NCBI GenBank assembly: GCA_900754515.1
Contig: CAAEDD010000197.1
Coordinates: forward strand, 1-58,299
Source of the DNA: an uncultured Oscillospiraceae bacterium
GTDB lineage: Bacteria > Bacillota > Clostridia > Oscillospirales > Oscillospiraceae
Reading direction: 5' to 3'
Length of the DNA stretch: 58,299 nt
Shown here: piece by piece, positions 45,146 to 54,160 of the stretch
How positions within the stretch are numbered: position 1 is the first letter of the stretch
Layout of the letters: each line of letters starts with the position of its first letter
Translations under genes and position numbers: made by a program
Notes under the pieces: model-generated
The model's database searches: none
Seen by the model: only the letters and a program-made list of their open reading frames with translations
What the model was told of the DNA's origin: nothing

Positions 45146-45173
45146 TTGACATATCTGCAAAATATGATAAAAT
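45146..45173 (+). promoter_or_regulatory. Putative sigma-A promoter of the MBOAT cassette
   Basis: TTGACA (45146-45151), 16-nt spacer, TAAAAT (45168-45173). Confidence 0.5.
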
Positions 45174-45198
45174 TTCCTCATATTTTGGGGGTGAGCCA

Positions 45199-46695
45199 TT
45201 GTTATTCAATTCACTTCAGTTTTTGATATTTCTGCCCATAGTTATAATGGCATACTATTTAATACCTGGCAGAGGTAAGCAACTGTGGCTGCTTGCCGCC
45301 AGTTATTATTTTTACATGTGCTGGAACGCAGTATATGCCCTGCTCATGCTGTTATCTACAGTTATAACATATCTATGCGGCTTAGGCTTGGATATGCTCA
45401 ACCGCCAGGATATGGTTTTTGCAAGGAAACAGCGTTTGCGCAGGGTTCTTCTTTGGATAAGTTTAGGCATCAATTTAAGTATTCTGTTCTTTTTTAAATA
45501 TTTCTATTTTGCCATTGATAGCCTTAACTCCATCCTTGTTCATATAGGCTTTCAGTTGAACCGCCCAAGCTTTGATGTTCTCTTACCTGTTGGTATATCT
45601 TTCTATACTTTTCAAGCTCTGGGTTATACTATAGACGTATATAGAAACGAAATTTATGCCGAGAAGAACCTCTTCAGATACGCTCTGTTTGTTTCTTTCT
45701 TCCCCCAACTGGTTGCCGGCCCAATAGAACGCTCGAAAAATCTTCTAAAGCAGCTGGCCGTACCCAAAAAATTTTCCTACGATAACCTCCGAGAAGGCTT
45801 TTTGTTAATGCTCTGGGGATTCTTTCTTAAAATAGTCATTGCTGATCGTTTGGCCTTCTTTGTTGATACGGTATACAGCGCCGACTATTATAATTTTGGC
45901 GGTATCATTGTAATGATTGCTACCATTTTCTTCGCTATTCAGATTTATTGCGACTTCGGCGGCTACTCTTCCATTGCCATGGGAGCAGCTAAAATGCTGG
46001 GTATAGATTTAATGGAGAACTTCAACACTCCCTATCTTTCTATGAGCACCTCTGAGTTCTGGCGGCGCTGGCACATCAGTCTTTCCTCCTGGTTCCGCGA
46101 TTATGTGTATATACCGCTGGGTGGCAATCGGAAAGGAAAACTCAGAAAATATCTTAACCTGATGATTACTTTTGGGGCCAGCGGTCTGTGGCACGGAGCT
46201 AACTGGACCTTTGTGGTATGGGGTCTGTTAAACGGCTTTTATCAGATAATCGGTAGTCTGCTCATGCCTTTACGAAATAGGTTTGTGCTTTTGTTCAGGC
46301 TAAATACCAGTAGTGAAGGTCATAAGGCATTAAAAATACTTATAACTTTTACTCTTATTACAATCTCTTGGGTATTTTTTCGTGCCTCCAGCCTATCAAT
46401 GGCATTGGATATGCTGAGAAGTTGTATATATATTCGGCCTTGGACTTTCTTCGATGGTTCTCTTTATACACTGGGTTTAGATAAAGCTAATTTCACTCTG
46501 GCTTTATTTTGCATCGCTGTCCTGGTTTTTTCAGATATAGCCAAGTATCGAGGTATCTGTATAAGGAATGTAATCATTCGTCAAGATGCGTGGTGCCGCG
46601 CGCTTGTCATTGCCGTTTCTGTATCGTTTATACTGTTGTTTGGGATTTGGGGCAGTGCCTATGATGCTGCATCCTTTATCTACTTCCAATTTTAG
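45199..46695 (+). CDS. MBOAT-family membrane O-acyltransferase (AlgI/DltB/PatA-like)
   Basis: TTG start giving MLFNSLQFLIFLP. Motifs FFPQLVAGPIER, EFWRRWHISLSSWFRDYVYIPLGGNR (MBOAT His) and GLWHGANW. Confidence 0.9.
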   Translation: MLFNSLQFLIFLPIVIMAYYLIPGRGKQLWLLAASYYFYMCWNAVYALLMLLSTVITYLCGLGLDMLNRQDMVFARKQRLRRVLLWISLGINLSILFFFKYFYFAIDSLNSILVHIGFQLNRPSFDVLLPVGISFYTFQALGYTIDVYRNEIYAEKNLFRYALFVSFFPQLVAGPIERSKNLLKQLAVPKKFSYDNLREGFLLMLWGFFLKIVIADRLAFFVDTVYSADYYNFGGIIVMIATIFFAIQIYCDFGGYSSIAMGAAKMLGIDLMENFNTPYLSMSTSEFWRRWHISLSSWFRDYVYIPLGGNRKGKLRKYLNLMITFGASGLWHGANWTFVVWGLLNGFYQIIGSLLMPLRNRFVLLFRLNTSSEGHKALKILITFTLITISWVFFRASSLSMALDMLRSCIYIRPWTFFDGSLYTLGLDKANFTLALFCIAVLVFSDIAKYRGICIRNVIIRQDAWCRALVIAVSVSFILLFGIWGSAYDAASFIYFQF

Positions 46696-46706
46696 GAGAT
46701 GATAGC

Positions 46707-48095
46707 ATGAATAAGATTTTTAATCGCATAACATCGCTTCTTCTCCTTATTGCAATGCTTGCTTTTTCACTATACCTGCTGAATAATTTAACCATCAGAA
46801 AGTTCAGCATCACAAAATACGGAGATTTCTTTGAGCATTCCGCCGACTATGATATTCTGTATTTTGGTACCAGCCACACTGAGATGGGGTTTTTACCCTT
46901 AGAATTATGGGATGAATATGGGTACACATCATACAATTTTGGAAACTCTGGTTCATCAATTGCTACCTCATATTGGACCCTTGTCAACGCACTGGATTAT
47001 TCCGATCCAAAGCTTGTAATTTTTGATTTATTCTTCATAGATAATCCAGATAAGTCAAATACAGCGGCCTCTCTGCACGAAGCTTTGGACTGGATTCCTC
47101 TGTCTGTTAACAAGGTCAGAAGCGTTGCTGACTTATGTAAAGATACCCCCCACTCAGGCAATGAACTTGAATTTATTTTTCCCTTCTCCATATATCATAC
47201 CCGTTGGAACGAACTTACAAGTCAGGACTTTTCCCCAGAGATGCTTCCCACTAATGGGGCTATCATCGGTACTACAGTCGACGCTCCTGCATACTGTTCA
47301 AATACCGGCAAAAAGCTTTATGTCTCTGAAAACTCTGCCGGAATGGTTTATCTTGAAAAGTTAATTGAACTTTGCAATTCCAAAGGAATTAAACTGCTTC
47401 TTACTTATCTCCCTTATCCTGCACCATATGATGAGGTTTGCTATGCAAACGGACTGGAGGATATAGCCGCTCAAAAGGGCATTGATTACATAAATTTCTT
47501 TAAAACCAATACAATTGATTTTGAAACGGATATGGCCGATCCAAGTTCCCACATGAATATTCAGGGTGCTAAAAAAATAACATCATACCTAGGAAACTAT
47601 ATTCATACTAATTATTCAATCACAGATTACCGTGGGGATCCTTCATACAGTTGGATGGACGTGTATCTTAATGAGTATAGGGACTACGAAGTTGAACTCT
47701 TGAGAGATCAGCTTTATCTGCATAATTTTGTAGGTCTGCTTCGCAACAAAAATTGGGCTTATCTTATTTCCCTAAAACAAAATACGGACATTTACGAGAA
47801 CAGCACTCTGTTAAAGTCACTTGAAACCATTTCTATCTCATCTAAGCCTGCACATCTCTATGATGCTGCAAATAGTGGAGAGGCTTATGTCATGTATGTA
47901 AATAATGTAAGCGGTGAAATAATAGAGTTTGTTGGTGATGAGATTCCTGATAGTTTCATGACAGATATTGGGTGTGTCTCCCCTAATATTATAAGTGATA
48001 TTCAGTGTGTCATATATGACGGAGCCACGGGCAACAACATCGTTGAATATTATTTCAGTTCCCTTGGAAATGGCTTCTTTGAAAGAGATTACTGA
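46707..48095 (+). CDS. Membrane-anchored extracytoplasmic partner of the MBOAT (SGNH/DltD/AlgX-like, tentative)
   Basis: N-terminal TM, then ILYFGTSH (possible Ser nucleophile block) and a later DPSSHMN block. Position immediately after an MBOAT gene. Confidence 0.45.
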   Translation: MNKIFNRITSLLLLIAMLAFSLYLLNNLTIRKFSITKYGDFFEHSADYDILYFGTSHTEMGFLPLELWDEYGYTSYNFGNSGSSIATSYWTLVNALDYSDPKLVIFDLFFIDNPDKSNTAASLHEALDWIPLSVNKVRSVADLCKDTPHSGNELEFIFPFSIYHTRWNELTSQDFSPEMLPTNGAIIGTTVDAPAYCSNTGKKLYVSENSAGMVYLEKLIELCNSKGIKLLLTYLPYPAPYDEVCYANGLEDIAAQKGIDYINFFKTNTIDFETDMADPSSHMNIQGAKKITSYLGNYIHTNYSITDYRGDPSYSWMDVYLNEYRDYEVELLRDQLYLHNFVGLLRNKNWAYLISLKQNTDIYENSTLLKSLETISISSKPAHLYDAANSGEAYVMYVNNVSGEIIEFVGDEIPDSFMTDIGCVSPNIISDIQCVIYDGATGNNIVEYYFSSLGNGFFERDY

Positions 48096-48189
48096 CTTTT
48101 CCTCCATGGCATAATTCTCTCCTGCTTATAGGGATATGCCTCACTAACTGGAATATCCAGTAGCTCTGGAGTATTTGACTTTTTAAGCA

Positions 48190-48224
48190 AAAAATGCTTG
48201 CAGTAAATATCTGCAAGCATTTTT
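48190..48224. terminator. Bidirectional intrinsic terminator
   Basis: AAAAATGCTTGCAG-TAAATAT-CTGCAAGCATTTTT, a 14-bp perfect stem including A/T runs, between convergent genes. Confidence 0.75.
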
Positions 48225-48227
48225 CTT

Positions 48228-49496
48228 TTATTCTTCGTCTTTCTTTTCATCCAGTCGGACAAGTACTTTGCCCACCCGGCGGCCGTCCACCATGCTCAGC
48301 ACGGTGACTGTCATGTCCTCAAAGCGGAAGCTGTCTCCCACCTTGGGGAAGCCTCCAAACATCTCCAGGGTCCAGCCGCCTACGGTGCTGCTTTCCGCCT
48401 GGAAATCCTCTTCGTTACGGCCTATGGTATCCAGGAAATCCGCCAAAAGCATGGTGCCCTCCAGCTCGTATGCTCCGTCAGGGCGGCGGATCATCTCCTG
48501 CTCTACAGTATCTGTCTCGTCCCAGATGTCGCCCACTATCTGCTCCAGCACATCCTCCATGCTCAGCACACCCAGAGTCCCGCCGTATTCGTCGGTGACT
48601 ATGGCCAGGTGCTGCTTTGCATGGCGCAGCTGGTTTAGCACCGCAGGCAGCTTCATGGTCTTATACACATAACAGGGGGGCATCAGCAGCTTTCTGATAT
48701 CCACCCGGTCCCCGTCGCTGAGAGCCTTAAGAAAGTGGTTCAGGTACAGCACGCCGATAATATTATCCATGCCGTCCTCATATACAGGCAGGCGGGAGTA
48801 AGGTGCTTCCTCGATAACGGAAAGGATATCCTCCCAGTCGTCATCTATGTCTATGGCGCACACATCCACCCTGGCGGTCATTACCTCCAGAGCGGATACA
48901 TCCGCAAAATCAATGGCCGCCTGTAAAAGCTCGGACTGATCCTCATCCAGCACGTCCTCCACCTCGGCCGTCTCGATAATGGACTGAAGCTCCTCAACGG
49001 CCTCCTCCGGGCCGCCCTGGTTCTGCACCGGCAGCTTGAAGGTTATCAGATGGATGATCTTCACCACCAGCCAGATAAGGGGCCAGAGTATGATCATCAT
49101 GAAGCGCACCGCCCCGGCATGACGCACGGCCACGGTATTCGGGTTTTTCTTGGTGGTTATCTTGGGCATGGTCTCGCCAAAGATTATCACCAGCAGGGTC
49201 AGTATCAGGGTGGCCAGCCAGGCATAATCCTCCGTACCTGTGATCATTATCACCAGCACCGAGGCCAGGGAAGAAGCCCCGATATTTGCCAGGTTATTTC
49301 CTATGAGTATGGCGCTGAGAGCATCGTCAAAACGCTCAGTTATCAAAACGGCAGTGCCGGCTCTTTTGGAGCCGCTGTTCTTCATGCTTTCCAGCCTCAT
49401 GGTATTGCAGGAGGAGTAGGCCATCTCCGAGGATGAGCAGAAGGCCGAAAAACAGATACACAGCACAATGCCGACTATTACCAAATACAGGCTCAC
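48228..49496 (-). CDS. CNNM/CorC/HlyC-family protein (DUF21-CBS pair-CorC_HlyC), copy 2
   Basis: DUF21 TM region, a CBS pair (RLPVYEDGMDNIIGV...) and a CorC C-terminal domain. Its GTG start overlaps the upstream stop (GTGA). Confidence 0.85.
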   Translation of the reverse strand: MSLYLVIVGIVLCICFSAFCSSSEMAYSSCNTMRLESMKNSGSKRAGTAVLITERFDDALSAILIGNNLANIGASSLASVLVIMITGTEDYAWLATLILTLLVIIFGETMPKITTKKNPNTVAVRHAGAVRFMMIILWPLIWLVVKIIHLITFKLPVQNQGGPEEAVEELQSIIETAEVEDVLDEDQSELLQAAIDFADVSALEVMTARVDVCAIDIDDDWEDILSVIEEAPYSRLPVYEDGMDNIIGVLYLNHFLKALSDGDRVDIRKLLMPPCYVYKTMKLPAVLNQLRHAKQHLAIVTDEYGGTLGVLSMEDVLEQIVGDIWDETDTVEQEMIRRPDGAYELEGTMLLADFLDTIGRNEEDFQAESSTVGGWTLEMFGGFPKVGDSFRFEDMTVTVLSMVDGRRVGKVLVRLDEKKDEE

Positions 49497-50776
49497 TGAT
49501 CCTCGCCCCCTTCCTCTTTGGCCGGGAGCAGGGCGACCTTAAGCTTCATGATGCGGTTATGCACCATTGAGGCCACCGTCACCTGTACTTCATGGTAATT
49601 GAAGCTGTCCCCCACCTTTGGGATGGAGGGGAATTGCTCATAGGCCCACTCGCCCATGAGAGTATTCACCAGCTCCTCGTTCTCTTCCGGGTCTTCAAAG
49701 CCCAGCTTTTCAAAAACGTCGCTGACTGACTCGTCGGCATCCACAAGATAAACGCCGTCGCCCAGGTCCACATAGCTCTCTTCCACCACATCGTCCTCAT
49801 CCCAGATCTCGCCCACCAGTTCCTCCAGGATATCTTCCACGGTGACTATACCAAGGGTGCCGCCGTAGTTATCTGTGACCACCGCCATGTTCAGCTTGCG
49901 CTTTGACATGACCGGCAGAAGCTCATCGATATTGGTGCTCTGGTGGATGAAGAACACCTCGTCCATCAAAGGCTTTATATCCAGGTTCTTGCCCAGACGC
50001 AGATAAGCCTTGATAAATTTGCGTATCTGCAGCACGCCGATGATATTGTCAATACTGCCCTGATACACGGGCAGGCGGCTGTGATTTGTGCCCTTTATGA
50101 CCGTAAGGATGTCTTCCAGGCTACTGCTTATATCCACCGCCACCAGATCCACCCTTGGTGTAAGCACACTCTCCACCGTCACCTCGCCGAACTGGAGGGC
50201 TGAGGATATGAGTTCTCCCTGTTCCTCATTGAGGCTGCCCTCTTCGGTCATATCCTCTATAATGTCATAGAGCTCATCCTCAGTAACGGAAACAGGGTTT
50301 TCGTCCGGTGTCAGCTTGGCTGCGGACTGGCCTATCCAGGTGAGCAGCGCCGACAAAGGAGCAAACACCTTCATCAAAAAGCGCAGTATCGGCCCGGTGG
50401 CAAGAGCGAGAGGCTCACTGTACTTTTTTGCAATGCTCTTGGGGAGCATCTCCCCGGCAAAAAACACCACAATTGTGGTAGCGATGGTGCTTATGGACAC
50501 TGCGCTGAGTCCCCACAGCTTTGTCACCGCCACAGTGACGATAGAGGCCGTCGCAATATGTACGATGTTTGTACATATGAGCAGGGTGCTTATAGCCTTA
50601 TCAAAATCATCCAGAATAAACAGCGCTGTTTTTGCTCTGCCGTCTCCCCTGTCCGCCGCCGCTCTGATGCGGCTCTTGGAGCAGGATGCAAAAGCCGTTT
50701 CCGATACGGCAAAAAAGGCTGCGCAGAAAAGCAGCAGCACTGCTATTATCCATGGCAATCGACTGCCATCATCCAT
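49493..50776 (-). CDS. CNNM/CorC/HlyC-family protein (DUF21-CBS pair-CorC_HlyC), copy 1
   Basis: Same architecture as copy 2 (RLPVYQGSIDNIIGV..., GTLGIVTVEDILEE). Confidence 0.85.
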   Translation of the reverse strand: MDDGSRLPWIIAVLLLFCAAFFAVSETAFASCSKSRIRAAADRGDGRAKTALFILDDFDKAISTLLICTNIVHIATASIVTVAVTKLWGLSAVSISTIATTIVVFFAGEMLPKSIAKKYSEPLALATGPILRFLMKVFAPLSALLTWIGQSAAKLTPDENPVSVTEDELYDIIEDMTEEGSLNEEQGELISSALQFGEVTVESVLTPRVDLVAVDISSSLEDILTVIKGTNHSRLPVYQGSIDNIIGVLQIRKFIKAYLRLGKNLDIKPLMDEVFFIHQSTNIDELLPVMSKRKLNMAVVTDNYGGTLGIVTVEDILEELVGEIWDEDDVVEESYVDLGDGVYLVDADESVSDVFEKLGFEDPEENEELVNTLMGEWAYEQFPSIPKVGDSFNYHEVQVTVASMVHNRIMKLKVALLPAKEEGGEDQ

Positions 50777-50815
50777 TTTAGGATATACATCTCCTTTATA
50801 TTTAAATTAGTTTTC

Positions 50816-50844
50816 AGTATAGCATACCATTATTTCAGCGTCAA
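50816..50844 (-). promoter_or_regulatory. Putative sigma-A promoter of the CNNM pair
   Basis: Minus strand reads TTGACG (50844-50839), 17-nt spacer, TATACT (50821-50816), about 40 nt upstream of the ATG at 50776. Confidence 0.55.
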
Positions 50845-51168
50845 TATTCCCTGGGTTTTTGTTGCACTTACAAAACGTTTTTGTCCATGCCCCGTCCGCT
50901 GTCCGGCAAGCATGTCACCACCGGGGCAAAGTGCCATTTCGGCGTGCAATATCTTTCCCACTTTTTCCTTTGGGACTGCGCAGGCGGTCTTCATCCGGTT
51001 TTTAGGGCTGCCTCCTGTACTTTTATTATGCCTGATGTGAGAGTAATGTGTACCGGTTTCCATTTCCAAAAACTTCGATAAAGTTCTGACAATAGCGCGT
51101 TTTGCACAAAATAAGTCGTTTTTCCTTGTCAATTATTCTGAATTTTCGGTTATACGCCCAGCTTTCTA

Positions 51169-51197
51169 TTGACATGTTACTCATCTGCAAATATACT
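51169..51197 (+). promoter_or_regulatory. Putative sigma-A promoter of the Gfo-transketolase-TRAP operon
   Basis: TTGACA (51169-51174), 17-nt spacer, TATACT (51192-51197). Confidence 0.55.
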
Positions 51198-51267
51198 TGT
51201 ATTACAAGCTAACAAAATCATAACATAAGTAGTAACGAATAACAGGATAAAACAGGAGATGAAAACC

Positions 51268-52290
51268 ATGAATGTAGTAATGATCGGCACCGGCGACATT
51301 GCCTACTCCCATGGGCGGGCTGTCGTCAAATTGGGCGGCGCAGTGATAGCCGCCTTTGATGTGAACCGAGCGGGCCTGGAAAAGTACTGCGCGGAGTTCG
51401 GCAGCGAGGCTCTCAGCTATGAGCAGCTGGACGAGTGGATACCCAAGGCGGATTACGTTGTGCTCTGCACTCCTCCCACCAAGCGTCTGGACTATGTGGA
51501 GAAGGTTCTCTCCGCCCATGTGCCCCTGTACATGGAAAAGCCCATTGCCACCACTCTGGAGGATGCCAAGAAGCTCAAGGACATGGAGCAGAAGTACAAC
51601 GCAAAAATCATCGTCGGCTTTGCCCACCGCTACCGCCCCGCCTTCCAGAAACTCCACGAGCTGGTTGCTTCCGGCGCTCTGGGCGAGCCCGTCAACGTCT
51701 TCGACCACCGCGTAGGCCCCGGCTTCGGCTTCAGAGGCAGCTACTTTGCTCCCTCCTGGCGCACCGACCCCAAACTGGCCTGCGGCTTCACCATTGAGTC
51801 CATCTCCCATGAGTGGAACCTGCTCACCTCTCTGTGCGGCGAGTTTGAGACCATGAGCGCCAATGTCTGGTGCACCATTGACAGTCTCCCCACCTACGAC
51901 ACCAACTTCTCTGCCACTATGAAGATAAAGAAGGGCGGCATCGCCACCATCACCGCCAGCTGGAGCAGCGATTTGGGTTCCAACCTGAAAGGCTACATCG
52001 GCACCAAGGGCACGGCCTTCCTCAGAGGAAGGGACATGTTCGAGTTTGACGAGCTCACCTACAAGACCGAGGACATGGCTCAGGCCGTCACCATCACCTA
52101 CAACGACTCCTACAAGTTTGACCAGGATGGAGTCATCTTCCCCATCCACCAGCATTTCCAGGACTGCCTGAAAAACGGCACCCCTATCTGCACACCTCTG
52201 GACGAGGGCATCAAGGTTCTGAAGCTCTCCACTCTGGCACTGGAATCCTCCCGTGAGCACAAGGAGATCATTCTTGCAGAAAGGATGTAA
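51268..52290 (+). CDS. Gfo/Idh/MocA-family NAD(P)-dependent oxidoreductase
   Basis: MNVVMIGTGDIA Rossmann start and EKP motif (YMEKPIA). The start is taken at 51268, because AGGAG abuts the ATG at 51259. Confidence 0.85.
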   Translation: MNVVMIGTGDIAYSHGRAVVKLGGAVIAAFDVNRAGLEKYCAEFGSEALSYEQLDEWIPKADYVVLCTPPTKRLDYVEKVLSAHVPLYMEKPIATTLEDAKKLKDMEQKYNAKIIVGFAHRYRPAFQKLHELVASGALGEPVNVFDHRVGPGFGFRGSYFAPSWRTDPKLACGFTIESISHEWNLLTSLCGEFETMSANVWCTIDSLPTYDTNFSATMKIKKGGIATITASWSSDLGSNLKGYIGTKGTAFLRGRDMFEFDELTYKTEDMAQAVTITYNDSYKFDQDGVIFPIHQHFQDCLKNGTPICTPLDEGIKVLKLSTLALESSREHKEIILAERM

Positions 52291-52293
52291 GTC

Positions 52294-53139
52294 ATGGATC
52301 AGAAAGAATTGATCGCGCTGAAAAACAAGGCCACGGAGCTGCGCATCCGTGTGATAGACATGATATGGAAGGCTCAGAGCGGCCATCCCGGCGGCTCCCT
52401 GTCCGTTGCGGATTTCGTCACTGCCTGCTACTTCCACTTCATGAGAGTGGACCCCAATAACCCCCGCTGGGCTGACCGGGACCGCTTCGTGCTGTCCAAG
52501 GGCCATGTATGCCCCGCCCAGTATGCGGCTCTGGCAATGAAAGGCTTCTTCCCCATGGAGGTGCTGGACACCCTTCGCAAGGAGGGCTCCATGCTCCAGG
52601 GACATCCCAGCATGAACAAGTGCCCCGGCATCGACATCTCCACCGGCTCCCTGGGCCAGGGCTTCGCCTGCGGTGTGGGCATGGCCATGGCCGGCAAGAT
52701 GGACGGCAAGGACTACCGTGTCTACGTGGCCGTGGGGGACGGCGAGTGCCAGGAGGGCGAGATCTGGGAAGCTGCCCAGACCGCCCACAAGTACAAGCTG
52801 GACAACCTGGTGGTATTCGTAGACAACAACGGCCTCCAGCTGGACGGCACCACCGACGAGGTCATGCCAAACATAGACCTGGGTAAGAAGTTTGCCGCCT
52901 TTGGATTTGACACCTATGAGATAGACGGCAACGACATGGAGCAGGTAGTGGCTGCCCTGGAACTGGCCAGAGTGGTAAAGAACGGCCGCCCCAAGTGCAT
53001 ATTCGCCCACACCGTCAAGGGCAAGGGCGTAAGCTACATGGAAAACCAGGTCGGCTGGCACGGAGTGGCCCCCAACGCCGGGGAATACAAACAGGCTATA
53101 GAGGAGCTGAAAGCCCTCTATATTGAGAAGGAGGCCTGA
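52294..53139 (+). CDS. Transketolase, N-terminal (TPP-binding) subunit of a split enzyme
   Basis: SGHPGGSLS, SKGH, GSLGQG and GDGECQEGEIWEA motifs. 281 aa. Confidence 0.9.
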   Translation: MDQKELIALKNKATELRIRVIDMIWKAQSGHPGGSLSVADFVTACYFHFMRVDPNNPRWADRDRFVLSKGHVCPAQYAALAMKGFFPMEVLDTLRKEGSMLQGHPSMNKCPGIDISTGSLGQGFACGVGMAMAGKMDGKDYRVYVAVGDGECQEGEIWEAAQTAHKYKLDNLVVFVDNNGLQLDGTTDEVMPNIDLGKKFAAFGFDTYEIDGNDMEQVVAALELARVVKNGRPKCIFAHTVKGKGVSYMENQVGWHGVAPNAGEYKQAIEELKALYIEKEA

Positions 53140-53141
53140 GC

Positions 53142-54074
53142 ATGGAAACTAAAAAGATTCCAACCCGCAACGGCTTCGGCGAGGCCATCGTTGAGCTGGG
53201 CAAGGAAAACAAGGATATTCTGGTAGTTGACATAGACATCGGCAAATCCTGCAAGACCGGCGAGTTCAGAAAGCAGCTGCCGGAACAGTACATAAACGTG
53301 GGCATAGCCGAGCAGAACGGTGCCGGCGTAGCCGCCGGCCTTGCCACCTGTGGCAAGATACCCTTTGTGGTCACTTACGCTGCCTTCGGTTCCATGCGTA
53401 TCTGCGAGATGATACGTCAGGAAATATGCTATCCCAGGCTGAATGTCAAGATTGCCTGCTCCCACGGCGGCGTCACCCCAGCCAACGACGGCGCCAGCCA
53501 TCAGGCCATTGAGGACATGGGCATCCTCCGTACCATTCCCAACATGACAGTCATTATGCCCGCCGATTTTGCCTCTGCAAAGGCCCTGGTAAAGAAGGCC
53601 GCCGCCTTTGACGGTCCGGTATACCTGCGCTTTACCAGAGATGCGGTGCCGGTAATTTACGATGAGAGCGAAGACTTTGAGATAGGCAAAGCAAAGCATC
53701 TGCGTGAAGGCAAGGATGTGTCCATTATCGCCAATGGCGACACCGTCTGCCTGGCCCTCCAGGCCGCTGAGATTCTGGCGGACAGGGGCATTCAGGCACG
53801 GGTGCTGGACATGCACACCATAAAGCCGTTGGATGTGGAAGCTGTAAACGCCTGCATAGACGATACAGGAAAGATAATCACTGTGGAGGACCACAATATC
53901 TTAAACGGTCTGGGAAGTGCCGTTGCAGAGGTCATTGCCGAGCGCGGCAAGGGCAGGCTCAAGCGCGTGGGCATTCAGGACCAGTTCGGTCAGTCCGCTC
54001 CCTATGAACGGCTGCTGGAAATGAACGGCATTACCGTTGAAAACCTCATTGCCCTGGCTCTGGGCCAGTGGTAA
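53142..54074 (+). CDS. Transketolase, C-terminal (pyrimidine-binding) subunit of a split enzyme
   Basis: RNGFGEA..., GIAEQN, and an HQAIEDM-type block. 310 aa. Starts 3 nt after the N-terminal subunit gene. Confidence 0.9.
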   Translation: METKKIPTRNGFGEAIVELGKENKDILVVDIDIGKSCKTGEFRKQLPEQYINVGIAEQNGAGVAAGLATCGKIPFVVTYAAFGSMRICEMIRQEICYPRLNVKIACSHGGVTPANDGASHQAIEDMGILRTIPNMTVIMPADFASAKALVKKAAAFDGPVYLRFTRDAVPVIYDESEDFEIGKAKHLREGKDVSIIANGDTVCLALQAAEILADRGIQARVLDMHTIKPLDVEAVNACIDDTGKIITVEDHNILNGLGSAVAEVIAERGKGRLKRVGIQDQFGQSAPYERLLEMNGITVENLIALALGQW

Positions 54075-54160
54075 ATTCGGAGTGTAAACTCTCCGGTCCT
54101 TTATTCGGTTCAATAAATATTGAAAAATACAACACAAAATCACTGAGGAGGAAAACTACT

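Noticed and set aside
45151-48216. 10-nt direct repeat ATATCTGCAA (45151-45160 and 48207-48216) flanking the AT-rich MBOAT cassette, as a possible target-site duplication
   Set aside because: The left copy lies inside the promoter spacer and the right copy is one arm of the terminator hairpin of the neighbouring operon. The repeat is short and AT-rich, and no recombinase or terminal inverted repeats are present. It is most likely coincidence.
50777-51132. M-box or other metal riboswitch upstream of the CNNM/CorC genes
   Set aside because: A near-consensus promoter (TTGACG-17-TATACT) sits only about 40 nt from the start codon, so the upstream 300 bp is not in the leader. I could not find conserved M-box or B12-box strings.
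51202-53061. 619-aa ORF on the minus strand
   Set aside because: It lies antisense to the Gfo/Idh/MocA and transketolase genes. It crosses a gene boundary and has no motifs or RBS.
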